From an uncultured Prevotellaceae bacterium (lineage in GTDB: Bacteria; Bacteroidota; Bacteroidia; Bacteroidales; Bacteroidaceae): a DNA stretch of 64,000 nt. The notes under the pieces are model-generated. The model was not told where the DNA came from and did no database searches. It worked only from the letters and a program-made list of their open reading frames with translations. Every line of letters starts with the position of its first letter. Positions within the stretch are counted from its first letter, which is position 1. Position numbers and translations under genes: made by a program. This document shows, piece after piece, positions 55,513-64,000 of the stretch. The stretch spans positions 24,072-88,071 of the forward strand of contig CAMYZO010000001.1 in NCBI GenBank assembly GCA_947303855.1. The letters are read 5' to 3'.

Positions 55513-57186
55513 TTAAGCGTCTTTTTTCGGCGTCAGCAGCTTTTTGTACTCTGCCGGCGACTGTAGCAGACGGACGGCCTCCTTCAGCTGTTTGTCGTAC
55601 TGCAGACCGGCCTCGATGCTGCCGGCCTGGTAGTAGTAGGCTGCCACGATGTCGAGCTCCAGCATCTGGCGCAGGATGTCGGCATGCTTATCCATGTCGG
55701 TGGCCACGTCGTGCCTCAGCTTGTCCCTCAGCAGGTCGAAGGCCTCGCGGGCCTGGTCATAGTACCCTTCGGCCTTGGCAGTCTTCACCAGTTCTTCCAG
55801 CTGTCTCTTGCTGACGGGGTCGTAGGTAAACCCACTCTTGATGACATGGTCTTTAAAGTCGGCAAACTCCTGGTCGGTAATCCGGAACTCCCGGGCAGGG
55901 GCTATCGTAGGATGGCTGTTGATGTAGTCTACCACCCAGTCGAACATCACCTCAGTAGAATCCTGGCCCGAGGCAGACAGATAGAATGCGATGTTGGGAA
56001 TGGTGTCGTTCTTCACCTCCACGTCGGGGGTGATACCGCCGCCGTCGCGCACCTCACGGCCGGCAGCCGTATGGAAGACATGCGTCAGCGAGTCGGCCAC
56101 GCGCTCGCGGTAGCCGCCAGCCCCGTTGCGCTTGTAGTTGATGGCCTGTATACAGCGGCCGCTGGGTATGTAGTATTTCGACGTGGTCAGCTTCAGGTTA
56201 GTGTTGTAGGGCATGTCGAGGGGTATCTGCACCAGACCCTTGCCGTAGGTACGCGTTCCCAGCACCACGCCACGGTCCAGGTCTTGCAGCGAACCGCTGG
56301 TAATCTCGCTGGCAGAGGCCGTCTCGCCATTAACCAGTACAACCAGGGGCATCTGTTTGTCTACCGGCTCCAGACGTGTCTTATAGGCATGGCTGGCCTG
56401 ACTGATTTTACCACGGTTCTCGACAATGGTCTGACCCTTTTCCACCCACAGGTTGACAATATCCACGGCCTCCATTTCCGAACCGCCGCCATTGCTGCGC
56501 AAGTCAAAGACCAGGGCTTTAGCCCCACGCTTCTTCAGGTCGACGAAGGCGCGGCGTACGTTCTTGGCACAGCCCTCGGTAAACTGGTTCAGGTTGATGT
56601 AGCCGATGCTGTCGTCAAGCAGACCGTAGTAGGGCAGCTCCGGCAGCTTGATGGCACGGCGGGTAATCTTAAAGTCCATCTTCTTGCCGGTCGACGGGCG
56701 CAGCACCTTCAGCACGAACTTCGTGCCTGCATCGCCGCGCAGACGGCTGCTGACGTAACTCACGTCTTTGCCGGCCATCGTCGAGTCATCAATGCTCAGT
56801 ACAACGTCACCTTTCCGCAGACCGGCCTCGGCTGCGGGCATACCCTCGTAAGGCTCGTCAATCACCACCTGCTTACGGCGCTGGTGGTAGCGTATCAAGG
56901 CCCCAATACCGGCATACTTACCTGTCAGCATCATCTTCAGGTTCTTGGTCTCGCTCTCGGGGTAGTATTCTGTATAGGGGTCCAGTGAGCGGAGCATGGC
57001 CTTGATGCCCGTGCCTATCACCTCGCCGGGGTTCAGCGTGTCCACATAGAACAAGTCCAGGTTCTTATAGACCTGGTTAAAGATATCCAGATTCTTGGCC
57101 ACAGCCAGATTGTGGTTCTTTTTCCCCTGTGCCTGTACCAGCAGGGGGCAGACCAGAGCAAGCAGAATGATGAAATGTCTCTTCAT
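55513..57186 (-). CDS. S41 family C-terminal processing peptidase
   Basis: LDPYT, PDZ (GIGA), DLRSNGGG, TASASEI, TYGKGLVQ, GGITPD. Confidence 0.93.
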   Translation of the reverse strand: MKRHFIILLALVCPLLVQAQGKKNHNLAVAKNLDIFNQVYKNLDLFYVDTLNPGEVIGTGIKAMLRSLDPYTEYYPESETKNLKMMLTGKYAGIGALIRYHQRRKQVVIDEPYEGMPAAEAGLRKGDVVLSIDDSTMAGKDVSYVSSRLRGDAGTKFVLKVLRPSTGKKMDFKITRRAIKLPELPYYGLLDDSIGYINLNQFTEGCAKNVRRAFVDLKKRGAKALVFDLRSNGGGSEMEAVDIVNLWVEKGQTIVENRGKISQASHAYKTRLEPVDKQMPLVVLVNGETASASEITSGSLQDLDRGVVLGTRTYGKGLVQIPLDMPYNTNLKLTTSKYYIPSGRCIQAINYKRNGAGGYRERVADSLTHVFHTAAGREVRDGGGITPDVEVKNDTIPNIAFYLSASGQDSTEVMFDWVVDYINSHPTIAPAREFRITDQEFADFKDHVIKSGFTYDPVSKRQLEELVKTAKAEGYYDQAREAFDLLRDKLRHDVATDMDKHADILRQMLELDIVAAYYYQAGSIEAGLQYDKQLKEAVRLLQSPAEYKKLLTPKKDA

Positions 57187-57226
57187 AACGTCGGCGGCAT
57201 AAAAAAGATGGTTAAAGGCATTGAGG

Positions 57227-58918
57227 TCAAACCACCTCAATGCCTAACTTTTTGCAGAGCTCGAGGCTCATCTCCTTGAGTTTGAATTTCTGGATCTTAC
57301 CACTTCCCGTCAGCGGGAACTGGTCGATAAAGAAGACGTACTTGGGAATCTTATAGCGGGCAATCTTGCCGCGGCAGAAGTCCTGCACCTCCTCGGGTTC
57401 CATCTTGACACCGGGCTGCAGGATGATGAAGGCACCGACGGCCTCGCCGTATTTCTTCGACGGCACTGCAGCCACCTGCACATCCTTGATGCCGGGCATG
57501 TGGTAGAGGAACTCCTCAATCTCACGGGGATAGATATTCTCGCCGCCACGGATAATCATATCCTTGATACGGCCGGTGATGCGGTAGAAGCCGTTCTCGT
57601 CCTTCACGCCCAGGTCGCCGGAATGGAGGAAGCCATTCTCGTCGATGACCTCGGCCGTGGCCTTCGGGTTCTTGTAGTAGCCCTTCATGACGTTGAAGCC
57701 CTTGCAGCACATCTCGCCCTGAACGCCCACGGGGCACTCCTCATTGGTCTCCGGGTCGAGCACCTTCACCTCCACGAACGGATAGTCGCGGCCTACGGTG
57801 GTGCAGCGCTGCTCGAAGGTGTCGTTCAGACAGGTCTGCGTCATGCCAGGCGACGACTCCGTCAGGCCGTAGACGCTGGTGATGGTCATGTACATCTTTT
57901 CCGAGACACGCTTCATCAGTTCAACAGGACAGAGCGAGCCGGCCATGATGCCGGTGCGGAGGCAACTGACATCGAACATATCGAACATCGGGTGGTCCAG
58001 TTCGGCTATGAACATCGTGGGTACGCCGTAGAGGGCCGTACACCGCTCCTTATGAACGGAAGCCAGCACCACCAGCGGGTCGAACTTCTCAACCATCACC
58101 TCGGTGCAGCCATGGGTCAGACAGTTCATGGTGGCCAGCACCACACCGAAGCAGTGGAAGAGCGGCACACAGACGCAGAGCTTGTCATCCTGCGTGAAGC
58201 CCATGTTCTCGCCGGTGAAGTAGCCGTCGTTGGCAATATTGAAGTGGGTCAGCATGACGCCTTTGGGGAATCCCGTGGTGCCGGAGGTGTACTGCATGTT
58301 GCAGACATCGTGACAGCTGACGTTCTTCTTCATCTCGTCCAGTTCCTCGTCCTCAATGTTCTGTCCCAGCAGCAGCAGCTCGGCGGTATTGTACATGCCA
58401 CGGTATTTCTCCATGCCGATGTAGACCACATTCTTCAGGTAGGGGAAGCGCTCGCTGTTCAGATGGCCGCGCTCACACTGGCGCAGCTCAGGCAGCATCT
58501 CGTAGGTCATGTCTACGTAGTTGCAGTCCCAGGTGCCGTCGGTGATGCAGAGGGTGTGCATGTCGGAGTCCTTGCAGAGGAACTCCAGCTCGTTCTGCTT
58601 GTAGTTGGTGTTCACCGTGACGAGCACAGCGCCAATCTTGGCCGTGGCATAGAGGAACGTCAGCCAGTCGGGCACGTTGGTGGCCCAGATACCGACGTTG
58701 GAGCCTTTCTTCACGCCGATGGCGATGAGTCCCTTGGCCAGGTTGTCGACGCGCTCGTTGAACTTGCTCCAGGTGAAGCGCAGGTTGCGGTCGCTATAGA
58801 CGATGTATTCCTTGTCGGGCGTGGTCTCGGCCCAGTGCTCAAGCCACTGGCCCAGGGTACGCTCGGAGAGTGTGTAGCCGGCAGAGCCTGTTTCGGCGGG
58901 GTATGTTCTTTTCTCCAT
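57227..58918 (-). CDS. AMP-binding acyl-CoA synthetase
   Basis: [39 protein letters not shown]. Confidence 0.93.
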   Translation of the reverse strand: MEKRTYPAETGSAGYTLSERTLGQWLEHWAETTPDKEYIVYSDRNLRFTWSKFNERVDNLAKGLIAIGVKKGSNVGIWATNVPDWLTFLYATAKIGAVLVTVNTNYKQNELEFLCKDSDMHTLCITDGTWDCNYVDMTYEMLPELRQCERGHLNSERFPYLKNVVYIGMEKYRGMYNTAELLLLGQNIEDEELDEMKKNVSCHDVCNMQYTSGTTGFPKGVMLTHFNIANDGYFTGENMGFTQDDKLCVCVPLFHCFGVVLATMNCLTHGCTEVMVEKFDPLVVLASVHKERCTALYGVPTMFIAELDHPMFDMFDVSCLRTGIMAGSLCPVELMKRVSEKMYMTITSVYGLTESSPGMTQTCLNDTFEQRCTTVGRDYPFVEVKVLDPETNEECPVGVQGEMCCKGFNVMKGYYKNPKATAEVIDENGFLHSGDLGVKDENGFYRITGRIKDMIIRGGENIYPREIEEFLYHMPGIKDVQVAAVPSKKYGEAVGAFIILQPGVKMEPEEVQDFCRGKIARYKIPKYVFFIDQFPLTGSGKIQKFKLKEMSLELCKKLGIEVV

Positions 58919-58929
58919 TGGTCTTCTTG

Positions 58930-59514
58930 TTAGAACGGTATATAGACAACAGCCAGAATCTTGGCCGACTTGCCGGGGACACCGTGGATATGGTGCTTCA
59001 CGATGCTGTCGTAGAAGATGCTGTCGCCCTGACTCAGCGTATAGGTCTCCTTGCCGTAGTTGATTTCCACCTCACCCTCCATGACGTAGATAAACTCCTC
59101 GCCTTCATGGGCTGAAAGCTGGAAGTCGTTATCGTCCGTGGGATTGATGTCGATGACGAACGGCTCCATGTGGCGGCCCGCCTTCTGCTTGGCCAGGGGG
59201 TGATACTCCATGTGCTTGCGTGCATTAGCCGCACCGTTGGAAAAGCTGATGCTGCTGTCACGCTCACGGTCAGCGGCACGGGTGATGGCCGGTCCCAGCT
59301 CGTCGCTGTCGTCAAGGAACGTTCCCAGACGGACGCCCAGGGCACGGGCAATCTTGATCAGTGGCCCTAACGACGGCAGGTTCTGGTCGCTTTCAATGGA
59401 TGTGATCTGGTCTATGGAAAGACCGCTACTCTCGGAAATCTCCTCAATGGAGAGGTTCTTCGACTCTCTGATTCCCTTAATCTTGGAACCGATGAAGGTG
59501 TGGTTATCTGACAT
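58930..59514 (-). CDS. XRE-family HTH + cupin transcriptional regulator
   Basis: N-terminal HTH (IR..KNLSIEE...[15 protein letters not shown]), cupin [12 protein letters not shown]; promoter TACCTTTG at 59544-59551. Confidence 0.9.
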   Translation of the reverse strand: MSDNHTFIGSKIKGIRESKNLSIEEISESSGLSIDQITSIESDQNLPSLGPLIKIARALGVRLGTFLDDSDELGPAITRAADRERDSSISFSNGAANARKHMEYHPLAKQKAGRHMEPFVIDINPTDDNDFQLSAHEGEEFIYVMEGEVEINYGKETYTLSQGDSIFYDSIVKHHIHGVPGKSAKILAVVYIPF

Positions 59515-59628
59515 AAACTTACAAATTGTTACTTTTTGGCGTGCAAAGGTAGCAAATTTGCACGGAAAACCGAAAATATTTCAGAAGATTAACACAATAT
59601 AATAGATTATCATGTCGTTATAATAGAC

Positions 59629-60567
59629 GTGCTTAGGCGTTGTTTGCTTCTGTTTGTCATACTGTTGGCGTTGCATCTGGAGTTGCATGCACAGTATGAC
59701 CCGTCGTTCAGCCACTACTGGGCGATGGAGACCGCCTTTAATCCCGCTGCCGCCGGCAAGGATACCAAACTGAACGCCGTCGGTGCCTATAACATGACGC
59801 TGACGGGGTTTGAGAATAATCCCAAGACCATGTACATCAGTACCGACATGCCCGTCAGCCTTCTTGGTGCCTTGCACGGGATAGGCTTACAGATTGTCAA
59901 CGATGAAATCGGACTGTTCTCCCACAAGAAAGTCAACATCCAGTATGCCTACAAGCACCGTCTGCTGGGCGGCGTCATCAGCATCGGGCTACAGGGCGGA
60001 CTGCTCAACGAGAGTTTCAAAGGCTCGGGAGTGGATATTGAGATGGACAATGACGACGTGTTCACCAAGACAGACGTGACGGGCAGCGGCTTCGACCTGA
60101 GTGCCGGACTCTACTACCAGCGGCGCAACTGGTACGTCGGACTGTCATCGCTACACCTGACGGCCCCCACCGTTGAACTTGGCGAGACCAACGAGCTCAA
60201 CGTCAGCCGCAGCTATTATTTTACCGGCGGATACAATATTCGACTCAGAAATCCGTTTCTTACCATACAGACCTCAGCGCTTGGCCGTACCGACGGCACA
60301 GCCTACAGGGGCGACCTGACAGCACGGCTCAAGTACCACCACGAGAGCCGACTGCTTTATGCCGGTCTCTCCTACAGTCCCACCAACTCGGTGACGGTGC
60401 TGCTGGGCGGTCAGTTTCACGGCATCTTAGTAGGCTACAGTTATGAGGCCTACACCAGAGCCATCAGCCTGGGCAACGGTTCGCACGAACTGTTCGTAGG
60501 CTACCAGACGGACATCAACCTCACGAAGAAAGGCCGGAACAGGCATCAGAGCGTGAGGATCCTGTAG
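59629..60567 (+). CDS. porP: type IX secretion system membrane protein PorP/SprF
   Basis: AQYDPSFSHY...FNPAAAG, GYSYE, GSHELFVGY; upstream of porK; GTG start. Confidence 0.88.
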   Translation: MLRRCLLLFVILLALHLELHAQYDPSFSHYWAMETAFNPAAAGKDTKLNAVGAYNMTLTGFENNPKTMYISTDMPVSLLGALHGIGLQIVNDEIGLFSHKKVNIQYAYKHRLLGGVISIGLQGGLLNESFKGSGVDIEMDNDDVFTKTDVTGSGFDLSAGLYYQRRNWYVGLSSLHLTAPTVELGETNELNVSRSYYFTGGYNIRLRNPFLTIQTSALGRTDGTAYRGDLTARLKYHHESRLLYAGLSYSPTNSVTVLLGGQFHGILVGYSYEAYTRAISLGNGSHELFVGYQTDINLTKKGRNRHQSVRIL

Positions 60568-60568
60568 G

Positions 60569-60610
60569 AAATTGAAAATTGAAAATTGAAAGTTGAGAAT
60601 AAAGATTAAA
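60569..60610. repeat. heptamer tandem repeat AAATTGA
   Basis: aaattga x3, aagttga, then degenerate units, between porP and porK. Confidence 0.75.
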
Positions 60611-60613
60611 GAT

Positions 60614-62107
60614 ATGAACAGTGACTTTGCAAAATCCATAGCAAAACACATCACGCCCCTCCATACAGGGAGGGGATGGGGATGGGTCTTCTGCCTCTCG
60701 ATTCTTCTGACATCCTGTTTCGGCAGCAAGATTTCGTCGGGCAGCGGTGGTGAACTGACTGGCTCTGGCAGCCGGGCCTTCGCCGAGCCTGCACCTTACG
60801 GCATGGTACTCATCAAGCGTGGCCACCTGAAGATGGGCATTGAGAAGCAGGACTCGCTCTGGGGCAAGCAGACTCCCGTGCGCGACATCTCCGTGGACGG
60901 ATTCTGGATGGACGATACCGAGATTACCAACTCTGAGTACCGCCAGTTTGTGAACTACGTACGCGACAGTATCCTGCGCGAACGGCTGGCCGACCCCAAC
61001 TATGGCGGCGACGAGAGTTACAAGATAGAGGAGGACAAGAACGGCGACCCTGTGAAGCCCCACCTGAACTGGAAGAAGACCCTGCCGCGCAAGCCCAACG
61101 AGGACGAGCTGCGGGCTATCGAGAGCCTCTACGTCACCAATCCCGTGACGGGCGAGAAGATGCTGGATGCAGCCCAGATGAACTACCGCTACGAAGTCTA
61201 CGACTACACCGCCGCAGCCCTGCGCCGCAACCGTCTGAACCCCGAGGAGCGCAACCTGAACACGGATATCGCTGTGAACCCCAACGAGACGGTGTGGATT
61301 TCCAAGGACACCGCCTATATCAATGACGAGGGAAAGATTATCAGCGAGACCATCAACCGCGCACTGTCAGGTCCGTGGGACTTCCTTCACACGTACATTA
61401 TTAATATATATCCCGACACCACCTGCTGGGTGAACGACTTCCCCAATGCCGACAACGAGGTATATATGCGCAACTACTTCTCAAACCCGGCTTACAACGA
61501 CTACCCCGTAGTAGGCGTCACCTGGGAGCAGGCCAACGCCTTCTGCGCCTGGCGCACGGAATACCTGCTGAAAGGTCTCGGCCCCGCTGCCCGCTACGTG
61601 CAGCGCTACCGCCTGCCTACTGAGGCGGAGTGGGAGTATGCCGCCCGTGGCAAGGACGGCACCGAGTTCCCCTGGGATAATGAGGACGTGGCCAGCGGCA
61701 AGGGCTGCTTCTATGCCAACTTCAAGCCCGATGACGGCAACTACACCAAGGACGGCAACCTCATCACCTCGAAAGTGGGCATTTACAGTTCTAACACCAA
61801 TGGTCTGTACGACATGGCCGGCAACGTAGCCGAATGGACATCGACCATCTACACTGAGGCCGGCGTCGACGCCATGAACGACGTCAACCCGCAACTGAAG
61901 TACAACGCTGCCAAGGAAGACCCCTACCGTCTGAAGAAGAAGTCGGTGCGCGGCGGCTCATGGAAAGACCCCGAGAGCTATATCCGCTCGGCCTGGCGCA
62001 GCAGCGAATACCAGAACCAGCCCCGCTCGTTTATCGGTTTCCGCTGCGTGCGGTCACTGGCCAACACCACGAGCGACAAAGTGAAACCATCCAAGAAACG
62101 CAAATAA
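60614..62107 (+). CDS. porK: T9SS/gliding lipoprotein PorK/GldK
   Basis: Lipobox LTSC; FGE-sulfatase domain (YPVVGVTWEQANAFCAW, RLPTEAEWEYAAR, GLYDMAGNVAEW, IGFRCV). Confidence 0.92.
   Translation: MNSDFAKSIAKHITPLHTGRGWGWVFCLSILLTSCFGSKISSGSGGELTGSGSRAFAEPAPYGMVLIKRGHLKMGIEKQDSLWGKQTPVRDISVDGFWMDDTEITNSEYRQFVNYVRDSILRERLADPNYGGDESYKIEEDKNGDPVKPHLNWKKTLPRKPNEDELRAIESLYVTNPVTGEKMLDAAQMNYRYEVYDYTAAALRRNRLNPEERNLNTDIAVNPNETVWISKDTAYINDEGKIISETINRALSGPWDFLHTYIINIYPDTTCWVNDFPNADNEVYMRNYFSNPAYNDYPVVGVTWEQANAFCAWRTEYLLKGLGPAARYVQRYRLPTEAEWEYAARGKDGTEFPWDNEDVASGKGCFYANFKPDDGNYTKDGNLITSKVGIYSSNTNGLYDMAGNVAEWTSTIYTEAGVDAMNDVNPQLKYNAAKEDPYRLKKKSVRGGSWKDPESYIRSAWRSSEYQNQPRSFIGFRCVRSLANTTSDKVKPSKKRK
60655..60688. 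repeat. GC-rich palindromic repeat (solo copy) in the porK signal region
   Basis: GCCCCTCCATACAGGGAGGGGATGGGGATGGGTC, translated as TPLHTGRGWGWV. Confidence 0.7.
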
Positions 62108-62114
62108 CAAAGCA

Positions 62115-62906
62115 ATGACCCGATATAGCAAATTCAATGTCATCTATCGTCTGCAGAAGTGGCTCGACAGCGTGCCCGGCCAGACGTTTATGAACTACGC
62201 CTACAGCTGGGGCGCCTCGATCGTGATTCTCGGTACGCTGTTCAAACTGACCCACCTGCCGGGAGCCAACTTCATGCTGTTCCTCGGCATGGGCACCGAG
62301 GTGGTGGTGTTCTTCATAGCCGCCTTCGACCGTCCGTTCGACAAGACGGCCGACGGCATGGACCTGCCAACACATGTTGGCGAAGAAAGCCTTCAGCCCG
62401 CTGTTAGCGGCGGTACTGTGATTATCGGCGGCGGTGTCATCGGCGGCGGTGCTGCAAGCGACTTGCAGGCTGCGCCGAACAACCTGACAGCCGATGATGC
62501 TCCGACAGTTGATACCGAGGCCATTGCTGCCGTTGCCTCGTCGGTAACCACCATGGCCGGCGGTGCTGTCGTCTCGCCAGTGCCGCAGGTGAACCCAGAG
62601 TTGGAAGAGGCTACTGCCAACTATGTCGATGAGCTGAAGCGATTGACGGAGATGCTGTCGAAGGTGGCAGAGCAGAGCGAGCGCCTGACCCGTGACAGTG
62701 AGGAGATGGAGAACCTGAACCGCACGCTCACCGGTATCTGCAAGATTTACGAGATGCAGCTGAAAGGTGCCAGCCAGCAGATAGGCACTATCGACCAGAT
62801 TAACGAGCAGTCGAAGAAGATGGCCGACCAGATTAGCGAGCTGAACAAGATCTACACGCGCATGATTGAGGCCATGACCGTGAACATGCCAAAGGCCCCC
62901 CTATAA
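62115..62906 (+). CDS. porL: T9SS/gliding motor protein PorL/GldL
   Basis: YSWGASIVILGTLFKLTH.PGANFML.LGMGTE..VFF..AFD; coiled-coil C-terminus. Confidence 0.92.
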   Translation: MTRYSKFNVIYRLQKWLDSVPGQTFMNYAYSWGASIVILGTLFKLTHLPGANFMLFLGMGTEVVVFFIAAFDRPFDKTADGMDLPTHVGEESLQPAVSGGTVIIGGGVIGGGAASDLQAAPNNLTADDAPTVDTEAIAAVASSVTTMAGGAVVSPVPQVNPELEEATANYVDELKRLTEMLSKVAEQSERLTRDSEEMENLNRTLTGICKIYEMQLKGASQQIGTIDQINEQSKKMADQISELNKIYTRMIEAMTVNMPKAPL

Positions 62907-62909
62907 AGT

Positions 62910-62944
62910 CCCATTAGCCCCATTAGCCCCATTAGCCCCATTAG
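62910..62944. repeat. 4 x nonamer tandem repeat CCCATTAGC
   Basis: cccattagc x3 plus cccattag, between the porL stop and the porM start. Confidence 0.85.
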
Positions 62945-62950
62945 AAAACT

Positions 62951-64000
62951 ATGGCAATAAAGAAAAGACCCGTCTCCCCGCGCCAGAAGATGATCAACCT
63001 CATGTACGTCGTCTTGATGGCCATGCTTGCGCTGAACGTCTCTAACGAGGTGCTCAACGGCTTCTCCATCGTGGAGGAAAGTCTCAAGCGCACGACGGCT
63101 AACGCCACCAGGGAGAACCTCGCCATCTACGAGGATTTCGGGACACAGATGAAGGCCAACCCCGCCAAGGTGAAGGAGTGGTACGACAAGGCCATGTACG
63201 TGCGCCAGATGAGCGACTCGCTCTTCAACCTGGCCGACGAGCTCAAGGTAGCCATCGTCAAGGAAGCCGACGGCAAGGATGGCGACCTGCACAACATACG
63301 CAACAAGGAGGACATGGAGGCTGCCAACCAGGTGATGCTGGCCCCCGGCCGCGGCCGTGGCCAGGAGCTGTTCAATACCATCAACAACTACCGGATGAAG
63401 ATGCTCGACATGGCCGTCAGCTCCCGGCAGAAGAAGACCATCGCCGAAATCCTGACAACCACCATTCCCGAAGACAAGCGCTCGCTGGGCAAGAACTGGC
63501 AGGAATACATGTTTGAGTCGATGCCCGCTGCCGCCGCCGTCACCCTGCTGTCGACGCTGCAGAGCAACGTGCGCTATACCGAGGGCGAGATTCTGCACAC
63601 CCTGGAGCAGAACATCGACGTGAAGGACATCCGCGTGAATGCCTTAGAGGCTTTCGTCATCCCCAACTCGCAGACCATCGTTCGCGGCGACAAGTTCTCG
63701 GCTCACATCGTCATGGCTGCCGTGGACACCACCCAGGTGCCCGACATCTACATCGGCGGACAGAAGGTGACGCTGCGCGACAACCTCTATGAGCGCATCT
63801 GCGGTGCTACCGGCGACTTCACGCTGGCAGGCCACATCGAGACCGTCAACGGCAACGGCGACCGCATACGCCGAGACTTCTCACAGAAATACACCGTCGT
63901 CGACCCCTCGGCCACTGTCTCGGCCGACCTGATGAACATGCTCTATGCCGGCTACAACAACCCCATCAGCGTCTCCGTGCCCGGCGTGCCCCTGAACAAG
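62951..64000 (+). CDS. porM: T9SS/gliding motor protein PorM/GldM (partial, runs off the window)
   Basis: Read manually: MAIKKRPVSPRQKMINLMYVVLMAMLALNVSNEVL...MNMLYAGYNNPISVSVPGVP. Absent from the ORF track because there is no stop in the window. Confidence 0.92.
   Translation, partial: MAIKKRPVSPRQKMINLMYVVLMAMLALNVSNEVLNGFSIVEESLKRTTANATRENLAIYEDFGTQMKANPAKVKEWYDKAMYVRQMSDSLFNLADELKVAIVKEADGKDGDLHNIRNKEDMEAANQVMLAPGRGRGQELFNTINNYRMKMLDMAVSSRQKKTIAEILTTTIPEDKRSLGKNWQEYMFESMPAAAAVTLLSTLQSNVRYTEGEILHTLEQNIDVKDIRVNALEAFVIPNSQTIVRGDKFSAHIVMAAVDTTQVPDIYIGGQKVTLRDNLYERICGATGDFTLAGHIETVNGNGDRIRRDFSQKYTVVDPSATVSADLMNMLYAGYNNPISVSVPGVPLNK

Noticed and set aside
870-59551. Recurrent TGCAAAGGTAC / GTACCTTTGCA motif as a novel repeat
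   Set aside because: It is the known Bacteroidetes -7 promoter element (TAnnTTTG), consistently located just upstream of gene starts.

Overview
This is a 64 kb chromosomal segment from a Prevotella-like Bacteroidales organism, judged from recurrent TAnnTTTG -7 promoter elements, the type IX secretion genes porP-porK-porL-porM and the gene content. Most of it is housekeeping: kduI, greA, tRNA-Gln, tyrS-yidD-rnpA, metK, xerD, aroQ, sufBCD, the arg operon, rimP-nusA-infB and por genes. Two systems stand out. (1) A ~9 kb accessory block splits sufB from sufC-sufD and carries a compact TerY-P/YegIKL-like operon of unusual architecture: a 2xLOTUS + DUF3825-like protein, a YegI-type Ser/Thr kinase fused to a degenerate Ppx/GppA (ASKHA) domain, two paralogous vWA proteins with broken MIDAS motifs, and a PP2C phosphatase. 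An APH-like kinase and a small alarmone-hydrolase-type HD protein follow. (2) A DUF559 endonuclease cassette bounded by GC-rich hairpin inverted repeats sits in the arg operon. Related repeats recur as gene-less inverted pairs and solo copies translated in-frame inside argC, argG, porK and an O-methyltransferase. Also present are a symmetric iteron-like non-coding element near 44.2-44.5 kb, 7/9-mer tandem repeats at operon junctions, and several gene remnants. No CRISPR array or rRNA was seen. All family calls come from motif recognition by eye; no database searches were run.
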